DNA from: Azolla caroliniana
Taxonomy: Eukaryota; Plantae; Polypodiophyta
Length of the DNA stretch: 64,000 nucleotides
Direction of reading: 5' to 3'
Assembly: GCA_043228905.1 (NCBI GenBank)
Contig: JBHGNT010000007.1
Span: 18,724,001-18,788,000, forward strand
Below, in pieces: positions 50,901-59,719 of this stretch (position 1 is the stretch's first letter; each line of letters opens with the position of its first letter). Under the pieces are notes generated by a model, which saw only the letters and a list, made by a program, of their open reading frames with translations, made no database searches and was not told the origin of the DNA. The translations under genes and the position numbers were made by a program.

Positions 50901-51972
50901 TTCCAAGCTGCCCCTCCCCCTTCTTCTTTGCTGTATACAATACGACTTTTTTCTTTGAGTCGACATATTGCATACACCATTCCTTGTCTGTTAGATCACA
51001 GTCAGGAAGGTCTTCACCTCTAGTAGCGGCGACAAGTTTCTTTTGGCTAACGTCAATGTGTGGCTGAGATTTTGTCTCCTCGGCTTTTTTCCTCTCTTCA
51101 TGGTCTCAGGAGCTACCTTGGTCTGGGCTTCGATTGGAGAACCCTGTATGCGTAACTTTATTTTCTTCACGGGTCGGTCCGATAGGTTCTCAAATGACCT
51201 ATTTAAGAAAGTACATGCAAAAACATAAGTTAGGTGGTCACGTAGATTAAGGTTGTATATTAAAATATAAATAAGAAGATGAAGAACAATTCTCACTAGC
51301 AGGCGATTAGTAGTGAAGTGAAAATATCAATCATGCATTCAGAGTACATGGTAGTCCTATATTCAAAAATCCATTCTAGGCAGGGCTATTCAAACTAGAA
51401 AATATATATCGTAATAAGTAAACAGGGTTATATATTCTTTTAAAGAGGAGGTATGACTTATATAGATTCCAGACCTATATTGAGGAGAATTTGCTATCAT
51501 AAAGGTAATTTGTGGGTTATTTTCTACTCTTTTAAGCAAATAGTAGGTCATAAAACACCTATAATTAGGGCATGTTTTTTTAAAAAGTAAGGCAAGTCAA
51601 CATAAAAAATACTGATTTTGACAGACAATTTGATATCTTTTCCACACAATAATTAATTGTTGCCCCAAAAAACACAATTTTTCTCTTTCAAGGCCTTCTT
51701 TTATACAGGAACTCGATACGGCGTATCGAGTTCATGTTTCAAAAGCAAAGGAAACACAGGAACTCGATATGGCGTATCGAGTTCCTGTTTAAAAAGAAAA
51801 AAAAAAAATATGAACTCGATACGCCCTATCGAGTTCTTGTATAAAGTTTGTATTGTATACAGGAACTCGATACGGCGTATCGAGTTCTTGATCGACAAAA
51901 CATATTTACAAAAATGTCCACAGTGTCAGAGGCCTACCTAGAGTCCTCGCACTCGATTCTCTTTGAAGACAT
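47980..51972 (-). pseudogene. ParB/Srx-like domain fused to a beta-class N6-adenine/N4-cytosine DNA methyltransferase (~970 aa, 6 exons), disabled in this copy
   Basis: Phase-consistent GT-AG exons 51972-51938, 51198-49571, 49494-49356, 49272-48805, 48716-48424, 48332-47980. ParB-like IRE...VQNLKKKM...PFIVMV...YFVIGGSHSVEA...EEAKLLAWDHN; MTase GD..D...IADIPYG, WIKTN...NAIEYI, NPYQKP..LM.RLIEMFS..GDWILDLFSSTGMT..A.KLFRN.VALEKD. Frameshifts near 51104 and 49125; in-frame stops at 48945-48947 and ~48623-48625. Confidence 0.88.
51709..51887. repeat. Array of four 25-bp palindromes GAACTCGATACG-N-CGTATCGAGTTC at 51-52-bp period
   Basis: Copies start at 51709, 51760, 51812, 51863; 26-27-bp AT-rich dissimilar spacers; inside intron 1 of the ParB-MTase gene. 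Confidence 0.95.
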
Positions 51973-52070
51973 GGTTGATCGTGTGGTAGTGGAGGCGAAG
52001 ATCACGCTTTTGTGCTTCGTGCTCTGTACGCTCTTGTCTACTCTTGTGAGTGAAATATGACGAGGTCCTC

Positions 52071-52080
52071 CTATTTATAG
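52071..52080 (-). promoter_or_regulatory. TATA box of the ParB-MTase gene
   Basis: CTATAAATAG on the minus strand ~100 bp upstream of ATG 51972; CCAATGA boxes at 52303, 52379, 52425, 52471 in the intergenic region. Confidence 0.65.
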
Positions 52081-52781
52081 GGATTGACGACATTGGTTAA
52101 AGTAACCATAATCACCTTAACCAAGGTTGGTAAGTTTGAGGATAGTTAGTTGGTAACCACAGTGACATTAACTAGAGTAACTTATGATTGCATTAATGAT
52201 TACAAAGTCAAACTAACATATTAATCAATCTTTTATAGTGATAACAACCAACAATGACTTCAAAGGTCATGAAGGAGACAATGATAGAGGTTCATGAATG
52301 TACCAATGATTGATTACTAAAAGCAACAATTTTTATGACTCTCAAATGTTGTGTATTAAAGATGTGGGCATGAATTAACCAATGATTGATGAGTCTAATA
52401 TTTAAAATGGTGAGCATTAAAGAACCAATGAGTGAGAGGTTCTATATCAAATATGGGTGCCATTAATTAGCCAATGATTTTAACATTAATCCAACATATT
52501 TATGGCTTGGTAATAATTAGATTTATATTATACTTGATTTAACTTCATATAGATGTAGTTTAAATAATAATTGATATTTTAAATACAATTACTATATTAA
52601 AAATAAATTTTTTATGTATTGTATTAATATAATATTACATAATATAGACATTCTATTGATTTGGCTTTTGTTTAGAGAGAAGTTTATGTTTAGAGAGGAG
52701 TATATGTTTAGAGAGGAGCTTATTAGTTTTTTTCCTTACCCTAAGCACATAACTTACAGAGCCCTATCTAGACCTTAAGCC

Positions 52782-55550
52782 ATGAGTGAAGATTCACCGT
52801 TCTCGATTGAGGAATATTGTTTGTTATCAGACTCATTGTTTTCTACTGAAGAGTATTGTTTGTCGACAGAGTCACCATATTCTATTGAAGAATATTGTCT
52901 GTCAACAGACTCACCATATTCTATTGAAGAATATTGTCTGAGCTCATCTACAGGGAATGTAAATAATGACACATGTGAAGAGTTCTCTATTGAAGAATAC
53001 GATATTAATAAAGATACGGAGAATGAAGGTAGTGCCAAGGAAACATTGAATAACATTGGCGATGGTCACAACAAAGAATTAGATTGTAACAAGGTTACAC
53101 CAACCTCTATGCAGGAAGAGAAATTTGGGAGCCCTATGCATATTAGAAGAATCCCACGAAGAATTCGTCTGGCTAGATTTAGCTTGGTGACATCAGATAA
53201 ACAGATTGGATTTGATGTCAAAAAAATATGTTGTGCCCGTGGTTGTATGTCTATGATTGGAAAATCAAAGTTGCGAGAATTAAGGCGATACTATTTTTCG
53301 ATGACCGGTGATGAGCAAGACACTTACCTCGGGTCACATATGCAACTAGTATCTGACAAATGTACGGGGATCAAAGTATCATTCGAGTATTATATCTTCC
53401 ATGCACAACAGATATGTAGAGTTGCATTCAAAATTGCGTTATGTGTTAGTAACATGCGGCTACATAGAGTACAACAATGTCTACTTAGCGGGGATCAGAT
53501 GCTCAATTGTAAAGAGGTTCCAAGTATGAAAGGTGCAATTGGAAGACATGCTATTGGTTGGATGAAAACTTACTTTCAATTAAATTGTGAAGTAATGCCC
53601 ACTACAGGTAGGATGCACCTTTATGATAATTATACACGTCGGGAAGTTTATGATGGCTATCGATCTGATATGCTGGGCTCATGTAATAAGTCTATCACCT
53701 ATAGCCAATTCACAAGATTATGGAGAGCTCAGTTTTCAAATGTTATCATTCCTCGTAAAGTACGTATGGGGTATTGCTCCATTTGTGCAAATCTTAAAAG
53801 TTTGGCTAAAGGTGCAAAGACATCAATGGAAAAGGATATGAGTAAGAAGTTACTACAAGAGCATCGTGAGGCACAATCCTTAGAACGAAAGAAGGCGATG
53901 CATCATAGAGAGAAGTGTTTGAAGAGGCCCGAACAATACATGTGCTTAATGATAGATGGCATGGACCAGAAGAATACGTGCTTGCTGCATATGCGGAGGC
54001 TCCCTAAAGATGTCAATGATGAGTGCCTTGTTCAAATGCACTTGGTGGGATGCTTGGCTTATAATAGGTCTGTTGGACCTCACGTCTTCATTACATACCC
54101 CAATGTTCACAATGACCCTAACCTAACAGTTACAGTCATTCACCGAGTTTTGATGTCTTGGGGCCAACCTTTCCCCCCTGTTCTATACATTCAATTAGAC
54201 AATACTGCTAGAGAGAACAAAAATTCAACTATATTTGGCTATCTAAGTATGTTGGTCAACCAAGAATTGTTTAGGAAAGTGAAAGTCAATTTTCTTTTGG
54301 TTGGCTACACACATGACCATATAGATCAGATGTTTAGCACATTCTCCAGACAATTGTCTCGGCATGATGTTTTCACTTTACCTAAACTATTTGATGTCAT
54401 TTGTGATGCATATACACCACACCCAAAAGTGCTACACTTGAAGGAGGTATATGACTTTAAGAGATATATATCAGATGGGGGTGGTGGGAATGTTAAAGTG
54501 CTTGCTCAGTTAAACAATATAAGTTTCAATCACATTTTTATGATAAAGAAAAATGGAATAAGTGGTTCTACACTTTTGTATGCTAAACAATATTCATCTT
54601 CTACAACATGGGAACCTAAAGGTGGTTGCCAGTTATTACTTTGTATGCCGAGTACAATTGTCCATGGAGCTAAGCAAATGTCAATTGAGAAGAAAGGACA
54701 GTTGCAGAGCGACTTGGTATCAGAATAAAAACGGTCATGGCTCCAAGCCTTAGAAGAAAAAAGAAAGCATATTGAGGCCGCCAAGAAATATGCCGCACAA
54801 CAAGACACGTCATGGTGGGATGTATTTTATAGTGATCAGAAAGGAATTATTGACAATTGTGTATCTGGTGATAATTGGAATTTGGAAACGCCATTCACAT
54901 GGTCGCTGCAACATGATCACGTAAATAGAACTCCGGAGCAACTAGCAAATGTGATTAATGACAGCTTAGTCCATCCACAACAAAGAGACATTTATGTGGG
55001 ACTAAGGATGACCAAAGCAGCCGAAGCTAGATGGCAAGGCAATTTGCAAGAGCTCACCGCGGGGATGTTGATTGCAACGCCGGCTGATGAGAACTCACAT
55101 GGCCACCAATTTTGGGTTGGTAAAATTCTAGAAGTGCTACTACATGAAATAGAAAACACGATCAAGTCTATAAATGTTCATTGGTACAACACTAGAAGTG
55201 CAAATGCTTTTACAGGCAAGTATACATTGGAGATGATTGAATGCCCAACAAGAAGGGGAGGTAGGAAGAGGAAGCGAAACATTCGTAACACCTCGACCCT
55301 TGATATCTCTGATGTGGATATCATCGTGTACAACTTCACACTTACAAAAGCTGGACGATTAAAGAAGTCAACAATAGATATAATAAAAGAAAAATTACCA
55401 GGTCTACAAGGTGGCTCGAGTCAAAGGCAAACGAGATCTGCTACATATAATCTAGAGTCAAACCATTTGGTTTATGACGAAGATAATGCACTGATTGGTA
55501 CATTCGAGGATGATGAGGAGGAATCGTCATTGTATACCGTAAAGGAGTGA
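52782..55550 (+). pseudogene. Sola-like DDD transposase (DUF7869-type core), ~922 codons with one in-frame TAA at 54726-54728
   Basis: ORFs 52782-54728 and 54882-55550 share a frame and 54729-54881 is open; motifs CCARGC, CRVAF, CSIC, MIDGMDQ, LYIQLDNTARENKN, FLLVGYTHDHIDQMFS; C-terminal FWVGKI...VHWY beta-barrel-like segment and basic RKRKR NLS. Confidence 0.88.
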
Positions 55551-55874
55551 TCATGAATGTATATTTGGCTATTAAGTGTAACTACATTCCGCTTGTAACA
55601 AATCGAGTAATATAAAAGCATGTGTTTTGAATTCTTATGATTTCTAAAAAATCGTTTCTTATAAAATAACATTGGTTGTAAAGTTTGTGATATAAATTGA
55701 GAATGTATCTTTTTGAAATTGGTCTTTTTTTAGTTACTTCTAAATCACGAAAATAGTGGATTTTTAACCTTTTTCATAGTATGTTTGAACATGTATGATA
55801 CTGGTATCAATGTGTTTTGTAAAATCATTGAAAAAGCCCTAAAATCAACCAAAATTTCCCTTATCCTTCCATTT

Positions 55875-55910
55875 ATGCGCGATCCTTCCACTTGTGAACG
55901 TGAACGTGTT
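55875..55910 (-). repeat. Right TIR
   Basis: Reverse complement AACACGTTCACGTTCACAAGTGGAAGGATCGCGCAT, 3 mismatches to the left TIR. Confidence 0.93.
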
Positions 55911-56027
55911 TATACCTCATTAGGGGTATTTTTGTAACTTGATGCTTATTAGTATAGAGAAAGGACTTTAAGCTACACTCTTGTTAATCATCCCTCATTT
56001 CTTACTTGTTGCTTATAAGTGTGTTTC

Positions 56028-56082
<55 letters not shown>

Positions 56083-56348
56083 CACATAGTCTTTTGTTAC
56101 TTAATCACATACATGATTAACTACTCACATAATTAGATACTAATTAACCCTTACTTAGTTAACATCAACTATTAGATACATGTAATTATCACCTCCAAGT
56201 TGTCAGTTGATCCCTACATGTATTCTTAGAGTGCACATTTTGTGATAAGTAATATTAGCATTAGTTGTAGCAAGGGAGGTAGGTCATATTAAATGACAAG
56301 TCGATAATAGAAAAGGAATATCCCCACTACTATCAATTTACTTACATG

Positions 56349-56760
56349 TGTTGAGAGATCAAGCTCAACTAGAATTAGTTAGTTAGTCAACCATGTAACT
56401 TTGTAGTTACCTAGATAGAATCTAGTTAGAAGTGTTGACTATAACACCTTAAATAGGACCTTGTACTTAAGTAGGATATTCTAGATCCTCCACTCCCAAG
56501 GTCATTTAATATAGGACTTACATGATTGTACCTATATTCTCCTCACACATGAGATCTATATATACCTCATTTATGGTATTTTTGTATTTTATGATGCTTT
56601 CTAATATAGTTACTCATCCCCCATCTTGTGTTGTTCATAAGTGTACTTCTCTCTCTCTTCCTCTCACACACATACACACACATATCACTTAATCTTCTGC
56701 TTAACTTAATCACATAATTAGGTACTAATTAACCCGTAGTTAATCACATAATTCTTATCA
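56349..56760. mobile_element. Solo LTR, family 1
   Basis: TGTTGAGAGATCAAGCTC...TATCA with perfect TSD ACATG (56344-56348, 56761-56765). Confidence 0.9.
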
Positions 56761-56989
56761 ACATGTTTATACAAATTCTCTTTATCTTATAGTGAGACAC
56801 TTTGATCATTATCTATGACAAATCAATTTGTAGTCAAGATCCCATCTAAGTTTAAAGGTGTGAGTGCATCGAAGGACAACTATTGTAATCTACTCTCATG
56901 CATAGTAGAAAGTTTGGGTTTACACATATATATATCTTTATGAGTGTAACTCTATATGTCCATCTAATCAATGCTCAATAGTTGTCACA

Positions 56990-57090
56990 AACATATATAT
57001 GAGGTTAACTATATGCCACTGTGGTATGTAAGGGTTCGACCCATATGACCTCCTAGTCTCCATTGGGAAACCTTACCAACTGAGCTTTAC
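56990..57090 (-). mobile_element. tRNA-derived SINE-like element
   Basis: Minus strand AGCTCAGTTGGTAAG (A box) ... GGGTCGAACCC (B box-like), then a shared tail GTGGCAT..AGTTAACCTCATATAT. Confidence 0.65.
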
Positions 57091-57189
57091 AAAATGCTCC
57101 AAAGGCCATTCGAGGTTTTCATCAACAATGCCCACATAAACTAGTCGCGGGTGTTCAGAAATGGCCTTAGAGGGAGGATAATGTCATAG

Positions 57190-57288
57190 ACATATATATG
57201 AGGTTAACTCGATGCCACTTTGGAATGTAGAGGTTGAACCAATGACCTCATGGTCTTCATTGGACAACTTACCAAGTGAGCTACATCC
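57190..57288 (-). mobile_element. Second diverged copy of the tRNA-derived SINE
   Basis: GTAGCTCACTTGGTAAG...GGTTCAACCTC with the same tail; a 5' stub of the family also sits at ~9404-9438 (+). Confidence 0.6.
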
Positions 57289-57685
57289 ATCAGAGAATCC
57301 TTGTATAATATTCAACTTGATGCATTGTAGGTTGAACACTATAAGTTTCCATAAACTTCTAGAGAATGCAATAAGGAAATATCGCAAGGACGCGACATAT
57401 CCCTCGTGTTTTCATTTTCTTCTTTTGTTTTTCTAGTTTTTGCTTTTCCAAACTAACTCTGCTTTCCTTTTTTGCTTTTCTTGCTTTTCTTGCTTTTCCT
57501 TGCTTCTCTACATTCGTGCATTGACACACATCCACGATTCTCTATTGGTCGATTTGTAGCCAGTATGCATCTGTGGCTACATATAAATGACCATCATGAC
57601 GATCAAACCATGTGACCCTTGCCTTGAGTACCCGACACTCACCTGGTGACCAACAACATCTGTAATTGAAAAAGGGGGCTGGGGA

Positions 57686-58169
57686 TAACAATCGGCAACG
57701 GTTCGGTCTAAACCGAACCAAACCGCCAAACTACAACTTAACGGTCTAAACTGTTCGGTTTAGTTTCAAGTTTTTTTTAACGATTTGGTTCGGTTTGGGG
57801 GTGAACGCTTCAGTTCCGTTTTAACGATTTGAAACCGCGGTTTAAATGGTTTGATGGTTAAAAAATATGCTTTAATATATATTTTAAACAATCTTTTCAT
57901 TTTAAAGCCTAATTCTCACATTTTAGGCAAAATCTTTAAAATTTTGAAAAATTAAAATTTGAAATAATATTGTAAATTTTAAAATTTTGAATTTTGATCT
58001 ATGTTGAAAACTGAAACCAAACCACAAAACCGCGGTTTTTACGGTTTGGATTTTTTTTCTAGCAGTTCGGTTTAAACCGTTTTGGTTTAAATGGTTTCAT
58101 GGTTCGGTTCAAGTTTCAAAAATTTTAATTGGTTTTGGCACTCTCGAACGGAACCATTGCCGATTGTTA
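57686..58169. mobile_element. hAT-type MITE (duplicated copy of 33857-34368)
   Basis: TIRs TAACAATCGGCAACGG / CCATTGCCGATTGTTA; TSD GCTGGGGA / GTTGAGGA. Confidence 0.88.
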
Positions 58170-58308
58170 GTTGAGGAGGGGATGTTGTCAATCGATCAAT
58201 ACACAAAGCAAAATATAAATTATCATTGACTATACAGCCATCCAGGGCTTTTGAAAATATCCCCAAAACATTATGATTCTGTGTCATTGAACTCAATTGG
58301 AAGACTTT

Positions 58309-58891
58309 TGTTGAATGACAGGTCGCGCCGAATGGAAGTGGAGCTTGAATCGAGGAAAAGGAGAGTACCAATTCCCATGGAGTCGATGAGTATTTCGGTT
58401 GAGGCTGAAATCAAGAATCGGGAATCAAAATCAAAAATCGATTATATAGCCGATTCGAGAGACTATAATTGTAAATAATCAAAATGTGCCCTTAGTGGGC
58501 CATATTTGTAAATAGCCCTGAATGTTGTATTAGTATATATACATCTAAGGCAATCATTATGTTATAGTTGTTGATCATTGTTGTATAGTCATTGAGTAGT
58601 TGCCTCTGTAACAGAAAAAGAAAGAGAGAGTTAGTGAGTAACTCTATATCCGTCTGTTTGATGAAGGAGAGCTCAAGGTTGTTGCCTTGGATCTTCTCGT
58701 TGTACTCTTCACCTTATAGTAATCTAGTTTAGAGTTCAAGGACTCCCGTGGTTTTCCCTTTCGAGTTTTCCATGTAAACATCTGTGTCTTTGTATCTATT
58801 TCGGTTTCTGTGTGTCTATGCACATTTATCTCTGTATTTCCACCTGAATAGATATTCGAGAAACCGGTTGTGGCCGGTCACAATCCTAACA
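58309..58891 (+). mobile_element. Solo LTR (Copia, related to the 59720 LTR)
   Basis: TGTTG...TAACA; perfect TSD ACTTT (58304-58308, 58892-58896); empty site at ~34494; shares CCGTGGTTTT..CC, TTTTCCATGTAAACATC and CGGTTGTGGCCG with 59720-60340. Confidence 0.9.
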
Positions 58892-58930
58892 ACTTTTGCC
58901 TCATATCATTCATGAATGGCCAATAATTGA

Positions 58931-59287
58931 TGTTTAGTGGCAAGCTCAACCGGATCTGGATCGGCTGAATAAGCTTGAGCCGGATCAGTATCCAGAAGGA
59001 TGAGCTGGATCGGTGAGCCGGTGAGCAAGCAAGCCGGTGAGCTAGGGAGCTGGTTAGCCGGATCCAACAGTAACCGGAAGCCTAGTAGCAGCCTAGACTA
59101 CTAGGTAGTTAATGACTCGTAGTTAGTGTCAGACGCTCGTGTGAGCATTGAAATACACAGTACTTTTTTTCATTCCTCTTAGGACTCATAAATAGTGTTG
59201 TTGAGCACGTTGTATGTACAGAGAATTATTATTGTTTTGAAGTAGATTTTTAACGTTCTGCTCTCTCTATCTCTCCCGCTTACACTC

Positions 59288-59342
<55 letters not shown>

Positions 59343-59719
59343 GCTATCCAGCAAGGCCGATTTGTCTGACGCTTCCGAACATAATCTCTTACATAGTATC
59401 AGAGCGCGAGGGTTGAGAACCTCTACAGCCGACATCAGCATCTGAAGACAAACCCTAAGTCCCGGTAAGAACAGAAAGAGAAGTGATGGACAGAGGAATG
59501 GCTAGCTCGACAGATCCAACTACGCATCTTGGTCATACAAGATGCACCAGTACCTGCTTGGGCATGGTTACTAGAGCTATGTCGACAGAGTTAACGACAC
59601 AACACCTAATGCGACACACAAGGACTTCCCAGTGTGGGAACAAACGGCAAGCAAAGTGATGTAGTGCTTTGTGTCCAGTGTCGGAGACCAGCTGCTGAGC
59701 CATGTCCGAGATGCCAAGA
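58931..59719 (+). mobile_element. Copia element: 5' LTR (58931-59393), PBS (59394-59405) and start of gag, interrupted by a nested Copia
   Basis: TG...CA LTR followed by TAGTATCAGAGC (tRNA-iMet PBS, 1 mismatch); gag-like NYASWSYKMHQYLLGHGY*. Confidence 0.8.

Larger units (their letters stand above)
46934..55910. mobile_element. Full-length 8,977-bp TIR DNA transposon (Sola-like) carrying a ParB-DNA methyltransferase gene
   Basis: 36-bp TIRs with 33/36 identity; TATA duplicated at 46930-46933 and 55911-55914; empty-site length in sister LTRs requires a 4-bp TSD; encodes a DDD transposase and a second spliced gene. Confidence 0.92.
46693..56164. mobile_element. Solo LTR, family 1, split by the DNA transposon (46693-46933 and 55911-56164)
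   Basis: Joining the halves restores ...GCACATGAGATGTATGTATACCTCAT..., matching the intact copies at 5361 and 45304; right-hand TSD not preserved. Confidence 0.88.
57370..58930 (+). repeat. Diverged duplicate of the PK upstream region 33460-34530
   Basis: Shared GGACGCGACATATCCCTCGTGTTTTC, CCTTGCCTTGAGTAC, same MITE at the same site, shared ...GAAGACTTTTGCCTC.TATCATTCATGAATG.CCAATAATTGAT. Confidence 0.9.

Noticed and set aside
51709-51887. CRISPR array interpretation of the palindrome-spacer array
   Set aside because: Eukaryotic intron, only four units, one inverted, low-complexity A/T spacers and no cas genes; better read as binding sites
47980-51972. Bacterial or phage contamination as the source of the ParB-MTase
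   Set aside because: Five phase-consistent spliceosomal introns, a TATA box, and insertion with TSD into a plant solo LTR show genuine nuclear integration
54726-54728. U-to-C RNA editing or programmed read-through rescuing the transposase stop
   Set aside because: U-to-C editing in ferns is organellar; other lesions in the element point to ordinary mutational decay
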